Source: an uncultured Candidatus Saccharibacteria bacterium (GTDB lineage Bacteria > Patescibacteriota > Minisyncoccia > Phycocordibacterales > DATDWN01). From it: a DNA stretch of 64,000 nucleotides. Where the stretch lies: contig CAZNUU010000004.1 of NCBI GenBank assembly GCA_964576615.1, positions 4,663 through 68,662 of the forward strand, given 5' to 3'. The notes beneath the pieces are model-generated. The model was not told where the DNA came from. It saw only the letters and a program-made list of their open reading frames with translations, and made no database searches. Positions 29,585-38,655 of this stretch are shown piece by piece; the first letter of the stretch is position 1, and every line of letters starts with the position of its first letter. Both the position numbers and the translations under genes were made by a program.

Positions 29585-30441
29585 GGGCATTACTCGCCTA
29601 CGTTCCTGTCTTGAACCAACGTCACGTTGATTGGTTCAAGAGACATGAGGAGAGTCCGCTCTACCTCATACCGCAAGAGATGGCGGTGGGTTTCTTACCG
29701 CGACTCTCTCGAAATATTGCGGCTGTTTCTCCCGAGACGACCGCAACATCGATCAGATTCAACGGGTTGATACGAGAGGTGGCAATATTCAATCCCGAAA
29801 ACTGGGATCCGCGTTTGGCAAAAGACAGTGGGTGGAAAGATTGGGTTTTGCCAGACGAGGATATCTCACACGAAGTAGCTGAGAGGTACCTCAAACCGAT
29901 CGGAGCTTCGTGCCTCTTCGAAGAAATCTGGGCACGTTGGGATATGACCGCTGTACAAAAAATGCAGCCGGTCATTCCAGATGTGATAGTCAGCGAGTCC
30001 GAATTTGACCAAGTTCGGATGAGGTTAGCTGAGTGCCGAAAGACAGACAGCCCGGATTGGTGGCGGCAGATTGGTGCGGTATTGTTTGATGCGGGAGGTG
30101 AACCGATTTCATCTGCCTGCAACTTACACATGCCGAACGAATACGAGACGTATATCTTCGGAGATCCACGTCTCAATGTTGATGCCGGTCAGATCGGCAA
30201 GTACACCTCGCTTCACGCCGAGAAGGCTGTCATTGTTTTGGCGGCCAGGCTGGGTCGTCCGACGAACGGCGGATCGATGTATGTCACAGTTTTTCCTTGC
30301 GAGGACTGTGCCAGAGAGATCGCGTTCGCCGGGATTTCCAAAGTGTTCTTTCGTGAAGGGTACTCTGCTCTCAATGCTCGAGAAGTCTTTCGATCATGGG
30401 GAGTGGAAGTGGTCCAAGTCAAAGGCCCCGAGTCCGCGTAA
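29581..30441 (+). CDS. dCMP-deaminase-family protein with an extra N-terminal domain
   Basis: RQIGAV, HAE, FPCEDC zinc motif; about 140-aa N-terminal extension. Confidence 0.88.
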   Translation: MRALLAYVPVLNQRHVDWFKRHEESPLYLIPQEMAVGFLPRLSRNIAAVSPETTATSIRFNGLIREVAIFNPENWDPRLAKDSGWKDWVLPDEDISHEVAERYLKPIGASCLFEEIWARWDMTAVQKMQPVIPDVIVSESEFDQVRMRLAECRKTDSPDWWRQIGAVLFDAGGEPISSACNLHMPNEYETYIFGDPRLNVDAGQIGKYTSLHAEKAVIVLAARLGRPTNGGSMYVTVFPCEDCAREIAFAGISKVFFREGYSALNAREVFRSWGVEVVQVKGPESA

Positions 30442-30457
30442 GCGGCCGGGGCCTTGT

Positions 30458-30913
30458 CTATTTCTTCCAGCCGAGAGTCACCAGAAGACGGTTTTCGGCA
30501 GTCATGTCTTCTGTTTTTTTCTCGCCAACAAGAAAATGAAAGTGCAAGTGGTCTAGAGTGGCGCCTGTATACTCCATGTCCCCTGACCTTGCAAACATAG
30601 AGTACCCAGTTACTCCGAGATGGTCCTCGAGCCAAGCGAGAAGTTCAAAAAGTTCCACTATCTCTCTCGTGTCTAGCTCGCTAGCTCTCTTCATGTGCCT
30701 CTTTGGCACGAGCAAGTAATGGTGAACACTCCCCAGGTAGGGGAAGTTGTTGGGACAGACGTACCACCACTCCGTTTCATGGATAGTGGTCGGGAGTGTC
30801 TGCTCTTCTTCCGATCCACCTCGACAGAAGTAGCAGATACCAGCGTCAATCAATTTCTGCATTCTTCTTCTTTGTTCTGGATCACGCGAGTTACTCATAT
30901 TCACTTGAGACAT
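30458..30913 (-). CDS. HIT-family nucleotide hydrolase/transferase
   Basis: CYFC, NFPY, HLHFHF triad. Confidence 0.88.
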   Translation of the reverse strand: MSQVNMSNSRDPEQRRRMQKLIDAGICYFCRGGSEEEQTLPTTIHETEWWYVCPNNFPYLGSVHHYLLVPKRHMKRASELDTREIVELFELLAWLEDHLGVTGYSMFARSGDMEYTGATLDHLHFHFLVGEKKTEDMTAENRLLVTLGWKK

Positions 30914-30998
30914 GCGTTATACCTCTTTCGGATTTCTAACATTTTAAATATAAAAAGCAAGTCGCCCCAGAATTTTGGGGCGACTCAGTGCAGAAGGA

Positions 30999-31907
30999 CT
31001 AGACCGTGACCGGGATGTCGTTCATCACTTCTCCCGGGTGATACTCACGCAGCTCGAAGTGATTGGGTCGAAAATCGAACAGGTCACTGACCCTCTCTCC
31101 TTCTTCGGTGAGATACATCGTCGGAAACTGTCGTGTCTCTCGCTCCACAATTTTCTTTGCAGCTTCCATCTGGTCTTCGTAGATGTGGCTGTTGTGGGTT
31201 GAGTGAACAAACAGGTGCGGCTCGTAACCAAGCACATGTCCGAGCATCATGGTGAGCGCTGCGTACTGGATGGTGTTCGACGGTACGCCGATGGGGAAAT
31301 CGGCAGACCTTTGATCCATACGCAAGCTGAGTCGCTTGTTCATCACGGTGATTTCAATGTCACCGTGACATGGTGCGACGACAACTTTCCTCTTACGGCC
31401 TAAGTGTTGGATCGCGTAGTGTGGAATCCAGGAGGTGATCTTGTGAGTGATCACATCGGGGTAGTCACGAATCTGCTCGATCACTTCTCGGAACTGATTA
31501 AAGGTCCCGCCGTCGGGTGTCGTGTACTGGAACGCGCCGCCATACGAACCCGGACCCATATCGTACGGCTCAAGGTCGAAGTCGGCACATTTCTCTGGTG
31601 TGGCCCATTTCTCCATCCACCAGTTGACTCCCCACTTCTCAGCGAGTTCACGTGCGTCGCGGACACCGTGAATGAAACCGAGAAGCTCGCCGATCGGTTT
31701 TCGCCAGAAGCCCACCTTTCGTTCGGTGAGTACTGGGAAGCCGTTCGAGAGGATGTAACTCATCGGTGCGAGGTCGAGGACAACGTAACGCCCGGTCCTC
31801 TGGAATGGATTCTTGGCGTACTCGCCGCTTGCCAGAATCTGTGCCAGGAAATTCTTGTACTGCGTATCCGGCGTACGAAGGCTATACGGTCGATAATTCG
31901 GATGCAT
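30999..31907 (-). CDS. thyA: Divergent thymidylate synthase (ThyA family)
   Basis: GFP, ELL, APCH, QRSAD, PSN and HIY motifs; RR pair absent. Confidence 0.88.
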   Translation of the reverse strand: MHPNYRPYSLRTPDTQYKNFLAQILASGEYAKNPFQRTGRYVVLDLAPMSYILSNGFPVLTERKVGFWRKPIGELLGFIHGVRDARELAEKWGVNWWMEKWATPEKCADFDLEPYDMGPGSYGGAFQYTTPDGGTFNQFREVIEQIRDYPDVITHKITSWIPHYAIQHLGRKRKVVVAPCHGDIEITVMNKRLSLRMDQRSADFPIGVPSNTIQYAALTMMLGHVLGYEPHLFVHSTHNSHIYEDQMEAAKKIVERETRQFPTMYLTEEGERVSDLFDFRPNHFELREYHPGEVMNDIPVTV

Positions 31908-31999
31908 GCTAGTCCTTTCAAAAAAGCAGATCTTTTGTGATACTAGCATCTAACTTTTTTAAGTCAAAGGAAGAGCCGCACCCACTGGTGCGGCCCAAG

Positions 32000-32491
32000 T
32001 TATCGTCGGTACTCGACGACATTGAACGAGAATTCGTTCTCTTTGTCAGCATCATGTCGAAAGAGGGAGGAGCCGACGTATTCCCTGGGAATTTCTGGGA
32101 AAAATGTGTCACCTCCCTCGATCTCAGTTTCAACGTGGGTTACGACAAGTCGTTCCACGGCAGAAAGGAAGAGTGAGTAAATCTCTCTTCCACCCATCAC
32201 GAAGACTTCGCGTGTTCTTGAGAGTCTTTGAATCTCAGCGAGATGCAGACCCAACATGGTGTGGCAGCCTGCGGCCCTAAATGTCGGGTCGTTGGTCAGG
32301 ACGATGTTCTCTCTACCAGGTAGGGGTTTGTACGCCGCTGGGATTGACTTGTAGGTTTTTCTGCCCATGACAACCACATGACCCATGGTCGTGTTCTTGA
32401 AGTGATCCATGTCTGCCTTGAGGTGCCAAGGGATGTTGTCTTTCTTGCCAATCACACGATTGGCATCCATTGCCACGATAATACTGAGCAT
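32000..32491 (-). CDS. folA: Dihydrofolate reductase
   Basis: IPWHL..D, VMGRKTY, PLPGR.N, MGG..IY, GDTFFP. Confidence 0.95.
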   Translation of the reverse strand: MLSIIVAMDANRVIGKKDNIPWHLKADMDHFKNTTMGHVVVMGRKTYKSIPAAYKPLPGRENIVLTNDPTFRAAGCHTMLGLHLAEIQRLSRTREVFVMGGREIYSLFLSAVERLVVTHVETEIEGGDTFFPEIPREYVGSSLFRHDADKENEFSFNVVEYRR

Positions 32492-32549
32492 GAGAGACTC
32501 CTTTTCTATCGCGATACTACTCTTTATAAAGGCTAGGGTCAATGTTAAG

Positions 32550-34235
32550 ATGAAAGAAATGAAAGATCTCTTAGGATCAGTAATTTTAGAAGAGTTGAAG
32601 GCTCGTGGTGTTGAAAATGCGATAGTGAATTTCGATTACCCAACTCACATGGAAATGGGCGATTTGTCTACTAATGTGGCCATGGTTTCTGCGGGGAAAT
32701 TGAAAACCAGCCCCATCGATTTAGCAAATGAGATAAAAGAGGCAATTCAAATTAAAGGAGTTAAACATATCAAAAGAGTTGATGTGATTAAACCAGGTTT
32801 TATCAATTTTTTCTTTGATGAACATTATTTCGCGAAAAATGTAGATGAGATTTTGAATAAAAAAGAGGAATTTGGGAAAAATAACAGATTTGGTGGAGAG
32901 AAGGTAACTATCGAATATACCGATCCGAATATTTTCAAAGAATTTCATATTGGACACCTAATGCCAAATGTTGTGGGGGAGTCTCTCTCTAGAATAATTG
33001 AAAATAGTGGGGCAAAAGTTAAGAGGGTAAATTATCAAAGTGACATTGGGCTTAATGTTGCAAAGGCGGTCTGGGCAGCCCAGAAAGGGATAAAAGTGGA
33101 AGAAGCCTATGCCTATGGTCATAAAGAGTATGAGGAAAATGAAGAAGCTAAAGGAGAAATTATAGAAATAAACAAAAAGATTTACGAAAAAAGTGATAGT
33201 GAGATAAATAAAATTTACGAAAAAGGGAGAAAGGAGTCACTCAATTATTTCGAGAAGATCTATAAATTGCTTGGTACAAAATTTGATCATTATTTCTTTG
33301 AAAGCGAAGTAGCGGAGTTTGGTAAAGAAACGGTGGAAAAAAATATTGGTAAGGTATTTGAAAAATCCGAAGGTGCCGTTGTCTTCAAAGGTGAAAAATT
33401 CGATAAATCACTTCATACTAGAGTTTTTATCAATAAAGAGAATTTGCCAACTTACGAAGCAAAGGAACTTGGCTTAGCTAAAATAAAATATGATGTTTCG
33501 CCGTATGATTTATCAATAATTGTTACAGGTGACGAGATAAATGAATATTTTAGAGTTTTGATTAAAGCTATGTTATTAGTTTTCCCAGATTTAGCAGCGA
33601 AAACAAAACACATTTCCCACGGAATGCTAAAACTTTCGACTGGCAAGATGTCGTCGAGGACCGGTAATGTTATCACAGCCGAAAGTTTAATTGCTGAGGT
33701 TAAGGAGAAAGTCTTACATAAGATGAAGAACCCTTCTTTATCTGAATATTCAGAAAATTTAGTTAAGGGATTCTCCGAGAGTGAACTCAGTGATATTGCC
33801 GAAGTTGTTTCTATTGGGGCAATAAAATACTCCATCCTTCATCAAGCCATTGGAGGAGATATAATTTTTGATTTCGATAAATCGATTTCATTTGTCGGAG
33901 ACTCTGGTCCCTACCTCCAGTATTCAACTGTTAGAGCTAATTCGATATTAAGAAAATCAGAAGGGAAATCAGGGGAGATGCCGAGTGATTGGGAAACAAC
34001 AAATCTGGAGAGGTTTTTGGAGAGGTTCCCAGGTGTTGTGGAAAAAGCAGGGAAGGAATATGCATCACACTACATTGCGACGTACCTCATTAATTTAGCT
34101 GGAGAATTTAATTCTTTTTATTCTGGTGAAAAGATTTCTGGTTCACCTTATCGTCTGGCTTTAACTGAAGCTTTTATCCAAGTAATGAATTCTGGGCTTT
34201 ATTTACTAGGTATCAAAGTTCCAGAAAGAATGTAA
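32550..34235 (+). CDS. argS: Arginine--tRNA ligase
   Basis: FHIGHL, KMSSRTG, GDSGPYLQY, C-terminal PERM. Confidence 0.96.
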   Translation: MKEMKDLLGSVILEELKARGVENAIVNFDYPTHMEMGDLSTNVAMVSAGKLKTSPIDLANEIKEAIQIKGVKHIKRVDVIKPGFINFFFDEHYFAKNVDEILNKKEEFGKNNRFGGEKVTIEYTDPNIFKEFHIGHLMPNVVGESLSRIIENSGAKVKRVNYQSDIGLNVAKAVWAAQKGIKVEEAYAYGHKEYEENEEAKGEIIEINKKIYEKSDSEINKIYEKGRKESLNYFEKIYKLLGTKFDHYFFESEVAEFGKETVEKNIGKVFEKSEGAVVFKGEKFDKSLHTRVFINKENLPTYEAKELGLAKIKYDVSPYDLSIIVTGDEINEYFRVLIKAMLLVFPDLAAKTKHISHGMLKLSTGKMSSRTGNVITAESLIAEVKEKVLHKMKNPSLSEYSENLVKGFSESELSDIAEVVSIGAIKYSILHQAIGGDIIFDFDKSISFVGDSGPYLQYSTVRANSILRKSEGKSGEMPSDWETTNLERFLERFPGVVEKAGKEYASHYIATYLINLAGEFNSFYSGEKISGSPYRLALTEAFIQVMNSGLYLLGIKVPERM

Positions 34236-34254
34236 ATGTGTTATATTGAGGCTA

Positions 34255-34459
34255 TCTAGGAGCCTAATCACCTCCGATTAATCGGGAAGAAGTTCGTCTG
34301 ATTTACGAATGTAGAACCCGACGGGTAAGCCCGTTATAGCAGTAATGAGAAACCCTAAGCCTAAACAAGATTACTTGTCGGCCGGGTAAAGCAAGGTGGT
34401 ACCACGGTTCGAGTTATCTCACCGTCCTTGCACGGAGTTTCCGTGTAAGGAATTTTTTA
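34255..34459 (+). promoter_or_regulatory. T-box riboswitch leader of ileS
   Basis: T-box core aaggtggtaccacgg at 34393-34407, followed by terminator ccttgcacgg/ccgtgtaagg and a T-tract; 5' boundary approximate. Confidence 0.8.
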
Positions 34460-34466
34460 TTACCTG

Positions 34467-34534
34467 TCCCGTACTAAATTTTTGATTAGGTAATAAAAAA
34501 TTCATATGAACTGTTTAAAATTTTAGTACTGGGA
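34467..34534. repeat. CCC...GGG inverted repeat abutting the ileS ATG
   Basis: tcccgtactaaattttt ... aaaattttagtactggga. Confidence 0.7.
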
Positions 34535-37500
34535 TGGAAAAAGAAGAAAAAAAATTAGGCAAATCAGATGTGGCTTTGAAAGAAGAAGCTATTTTAGAGT
34601 CCTGGCAAAAAAATAGAATATTTGAAAAGACTTTGGAAAAAAATTCCCCGAAGGGTGAGTTTGTTTTTTATGATGGGCCACCTTTTGCCACGGGCTTACC
34701 TCACTACGGTAGTTTACTTGGCTCCATCGCTAAAGATCTTTTTCCGCGTTACAAAACCATGCAAGGCTATTATGTACGCCGTCGCTGGGGCTGGGATTGT
34801 CACGGGCTTCCAATTGAAAATTTGGTGGAAAAGAAATTAGGCCTTAAACACAAAAAAGACATTGAGGTTCTGGGTATAGAGAAATTTAACGAGGAATGTC
34901 GGAGCCAGGTTCTAACTTATGTACACGATTGGAAAAAGTACATTGATCGGGTAGCTCGCTGGGTTGATTTTGATGGCTCCTACAAAACCATGGATGCCAG
35001 TTTTACTGAAAGTGTCTGGTGGGCACTTTCCGAAATGAATGAAAAAGGACTTCTCTACGAAGGTCGTAAGGTCTTACTTTATTGTCCGCACTGCGAAACT
35101 CCTCTGGCCAAGGCCGAGATTGCTATGGATAACTCTTACAAGGACATAACAGAGGAGGCTGTGACAGTAGAATTCAAGCTAAAAGATGACCCTAAGACTT
35201 CTATTCTCGCCTGGACAACAACACCGTGGACTCTCCCAGGTAACGTGGCGTTGGCAGTTCATCCTGATATTGATTACGTAGTAATAGAGAAGAAAGATAT
35301 GGGTGTGGGGGACTTGGTTCGATTTATTCTAGCTAAAAAAAAGCTCGAGGATATTTTTGGTAAAGACGAATATAGGGTTGTTGAAGAAAAAAAAGGAAGG
35401 GATTTAGTTGGCCTTGAATATGAACCTCTCTATGAAATTGAAGCAGTTAAAAAAACAGGTAAAAAAGCTTGGTATGTGACTGGAGCGGATTTTGTTAACA
35501 CGGAAGAGGGAACAGGTGTAGTTCATACAGCTGTAATTTATGGGGAGGACGATTTTAATCTAGGCCAGAAAATTGATTTACCGATGGTGCCCCTACTTTT
35601 GCCAAATGGAAATTTTAACCTGGAGGCACCAGAGTTTATTAGAGGTGTCTATCTAAAAAAAGCAGAGGGTTTGATAAAAGAAGATCTCGAGAAGCGTGGG
35701 CTTTTATTCGATAAGAAAATGAATACCCACTCCTATCCGCATTGTTACAGGTGTGGCACGCCACTCATATACAATGCACTTTCTAGCTGGTTCATTGATG
35801 TTCAGAAGATAAAGGACAAAATAATTTCGACAAACGAAAACATTAATTGGATGCCAGATCACCTGAAACACGGACGTTTTCTAGATATCATGACTAACGC
35901 GCCAGATTGGGCAATAAGCCGAAATCGTTTTTGGGCTTCACCTTTGCCGATTTGGAAAGATAGCCAAGGGAATATAACAGTTGTAAGTGGTTTGGAAGAT
36001 TTGAAAAAGCATCTTAGGAAAACTGGCAATAAATTCTTTTTAATAAGACACGGAGGGTCACTCAGCAATGAAAAAAATGTAAGCAGTTTAGTGCCGGGTG
36101 AAGAAAATGATTGCCTCACGAAAAAAGGCGAAGATCAGGTTAGAAAATCAGCCAAAGAGTTTAAAGACAAGGTTGATTTAATTATTACCTCTAATTTTAG
36201 AAGGACGCAAAAAACAGCCGAAATTTTCGCTGAAGAAAAAGGATTAAGTAAGGAGGATATCGTGGTTGATGATAGCCTGCATGAATTTATTGATGAGGGT
36301 GACCGGGCTGAAAATTATGCAGATGTCAGAAAGAGGATGGTTCATGTTCTCTCGCGTTTAGACAAAGAATATTCGGATAAAAATATTCTGGTCGTTTCTC
36401 ACGAGTATCCATTGCGAGTCCTGCTTTCCTCCCACGAATCTCTCGACGATTTTGAAGAGAGTGAAAACTTTAATAATAAATTTACTTACCTGGATAATGC
36501 CAAAATTACCCCAATAAATTTTATTTCGCTACCCCGAAATATCTTTGCTCAAGTTGATTTTCACCGACCTTATATTGATGAGGTTCAGTTATACAACGAT
36601 ATAGGGGATTCTATATATAGAATTCCGGAGGTAATTGATTGTTGGGTAGAGTCAGGCTCCATGCCTTTTGCAGAATATAATTATCCTTTTGCGCATAAGA
36701 AAGAATTTGAAAAGAGAAGCCCTGCAGATTTTATAGCAGAGTACATACCCCAAACACGTACCTGGTTTTACTATATGCATGTCGTTTCCAACGCTTTGTT
36801 TGGGCATGAAGCATTTAAAAACGTTGTCACGACGGGGAATGTTCTTGCGATAGATGGTAGCAAAATGAGTAAATCAAAAAATAATTATACCGATCCGCTT
36901 ATATTAATGGATAAATTTGGCGCAGATTCGTTACGCTACTATTTGACGACCAGTGTAGTGATGCAAGCAGAAGATTTGGCTTTTTCGGATAAGGATGTGC
37001 AAGAAATTCACCAGAGGCTTCTAAATATTTTGAGAAATGTTGCGGTATTTTACGAGACTTATAAAAGTGATTCAGAGCCAAAATTAAATCACGAGAATGT
37101 TTTAGACAAATGGATATCTATGCGCCTCAAACAATTGAGGGATGAAACCACGGTAAATTTAGATAGATTTGATTCAATCCGAGCTGGCAGACCGCTTAAG
37201 CAGCTTGTGGATGATTTGTCTACTTGGTATTTGAGAAGATCTAGAGAGCGTTTAAAGATGGGCGGAGAAGAGGGGGAGAAAGCACTCCAGCATTTAGCCT
37301 TTATTCTCGGGGAGCTATCAAAGCTTATTGCACCGTTTGTGCCGTATGTTGCTGAGGAAATTTACCAGAAAGTTAAAGGCAAAAGAGGCCTACAAAGTGT
37401 GCATTTAGAAAGTTGGCCAGAAATGAGGGATGTAAATGTTGAACCAGATTTTCTAGCTATCATGTCTAATACCAGAGAAATAGTAACTCAAGCTCTCGAG

Positions 37501-37914
37501 TTAAGGCAGGAGGCTAATATAAAGGTGCGTCAACCCCTGGCGTCACTCACTATTCCTGAGAGTTTGCCAAAAGAGTTTTTGGAAATTTTACGAGATGAAG
37601 TTAATGTCAAAGAGGTAAAAGTTGGTGGTGATTTAAATCTTGATACTAATTTAACCCCCGAACTTCTCGCGGAGGGGCTGGTACGGGATGTTATAAGAGG
37701 GATTCAAGATGTGAGAAAAACAGAAGGTTTAAATCCAAATCAAAAGATAAAGATAGTTGCTCATGCCGATAAGGAGTTAGAAAAAATGATTAATTCAAAT
37801 TTAAGCCAAATTAAACAGCCGACTCAGGTATCTGGCGTTTCTTTCTCGAGAGAAGAACAAAAACATAAAATTGCACTTGAAAAAAACAAACTCTCTGTTT
37901 CAATAGAGAAGTAA
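34534..37914 (+). CDS. ileS: Isoleucine--tRNA ligase (type 2) with inserted histidine-phosphatase domain
   Basis: DGPPFATG.PHYG, GWDCHGLP, WTTTPWTLP, KMSKS; RHG insert near 36046. Confidence 0.95.
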   Translation: MEKEEKKLGKSDVALKEEAILESWQKNRIFEKTLEKNSPKGEFVFYDGPPFATGLPHYGSLLGSIAKDLFPRYKTMQGYYVRRRWGWDCHGLPIENLVEKKLGLKHKKDIEVLGIEKFNEECRSQVLTYVHDWKKYIDRVARWVDFDGSYKTMDASFTESVWWALSEMNEKGLLYEGRKVLLYCPHCETPLAKAEIAMDNSYKDITEEAVTVEFKLKDDPKTSILAWTTTPWTLPGNVALAVHPDIDYVVIEKKDMGVGDLVRFILAKKKLEDIFGKDEYRVVEEKKGRDLVGLEYEPLYEIEAVKKTGKKAWYVTGADFVNTEEGTGVVHTAVIYGEDDFNLGQKIDLPMVPLLLPNGNFNLEAPEFIRGVYLKKAEGLIKEDLEKRGLLFDKKMNTHSYPHCYRCGTPLIYNALSSWFIDVQKIKDKIISTNENINWMPDHLKHGRFLDIMTNAPDWAISRNRFWASPLPIWKDSQGNITVVSGLEDLKKHLRKTGNKFFLIRHGGSLSNEKNVSSLVPGEENDCLTKKGEDQVRKSAKEFKDKVDLIITSNFRRTQKTAEIFAEEKGLSKEDIVVDDSLHEFIDEGDRAENYADVRKRMVHVLSRLDKEYSDKNILVVSHEYPLRVLLSSHESLDDFEESENFNNKFTYLDNAKITPINFISLPRNIFAQVDFHRPYIDEVQLYNDIGDSIYRIPEVIDCWVESGSMPFAEYNYPFAHKKEFEKRSPADFIAEYIPQTRTWFYYMHVVSNALFGHEAFKNVVTTGNVLAIDGSKMSKSKNNYTDPLILMDKFGADSLRYYLTTSVVMQAEDLAFSDKDVQEIHQRLLNILRNVAVFYETYKSDSEPKLNHENVLDKWISMRLKQLRDETTVNLDRFDSIRAGRPLKQLVDDLSTWYLRRSRERLKMGGEEGEKALQHLAFILGELSKLIAPFVPYVAEEIYQKVKGKRGLQSVHLESWPEMRDVNVEPDFLAIMSNTREIVTQALELRQEANIKVRQPLASLTIPESLPKEFLEILRDEVNVKEVKVGGDLNLDTNLTPELLAEGLVRDVIRGIQDVRKTEGLNPNQKIKIVAHADKELEKMINSNLSQIKQPTQVSGVSFSREEQKHKIALEKNKLSVSIEK

Positions 37915-38498
37915 TGTCGTATCACATATATTCTACAGAAGGGATTATCTTAAAACGCATACCCCAGGGCGAAGCCAGTGCTACTTTTTATATTTTGACC
38001 GAAAAATTTGGTCTTATTATTGCTTCGGCAAGGTCAGTAAGAGTGATGGTCTCAAAACTTCGTCCAGCCCTTCAAGAGTTTGAAAACATAAACCTGTCTT
38101 GCATTAAAGGGAAAAATGGTTGGAAGGTGACAAATGTAGTTAGTTTGGGGAGTTATTTTTTTGAGAGTCAAGATTTTGCTAAAAAGATACTTGCTCAAAT
38201 CTCTTCTTTTTTGATGCGGACAATAACGGGAGAGTTACCTCATCCTAAAATATTTGAGACGGTAAAAAGTGGATTTGAGTTTCTTCGGACTCTTAACAAA
38301 AAAGAAGTTTCTAATTTTGAGGTCTTAATTATGCTGAGGATCCTATTTGAGCTAGGTTACGTTGAGAAAAATCCAGATATTAGAATCTATCTTGATGATT
38401 TAACAAAGTGGAGTACTGGTTTACTGGAGAAAATTGAAGAAAACAAGCTTGAAACCATCGCCATAATTAACAAGGCCTTGAAAGAGAGCCATTTGTAA
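37914..38498 (+). CDS. recO: DNA repair protein RecO (short)
   Basis: TEGIILK..GEA..LT..FGLI.A..SVR..SKLR N-terminal OB fold. Confidence 0.8.
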   Translation: MSYHIYSTEGIILKRIPQGEASATFYILTEKFGLIIASARSVRVMVSKLRPALQEFENINLSCIKGKNGWKVTNVVSLGSYFFESQDFAKKILAQISSFLMRTITGELPHPKIFETVKSGFEFLRTLNKKEVSNFEVLIMLRILFELGYVEKNPDIRIYLDDLTKWSTGLLEKIEENKLETIAIINKALKESHL

Positions 38499-38625
38499 AA
38501 TCTATGGTATTTTTTGCGAATTTCTGCGTTACTCGCTCCGTTTGCTCCACGCGCAGTATTACTCATACAGCTTGGTCGCAATACTCGCTCGTGCCTTGAA
38601 CTTCACAAAAAATCCTCATAGCTTT
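38498..38625. repeat. Intergenic imperfect inverted repeat with GC-rich interior
   Basis: ctatggtattttttgcgaa ... ttcacaaaaaatcctcatag. Confidence 0.6.
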
Positions 38626-38655
38626 CCTGATTACGGTTCATGATATAATTTAAAT

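Noticed and set aside
28864-32176. Many overlapping alternative ORFs in the GC-rich block (e.g. 29661-30176, 31404-31940)
   Set aside because: Shadow ORFs caused by higher GC, opposite or overlapping well-supported enzymes
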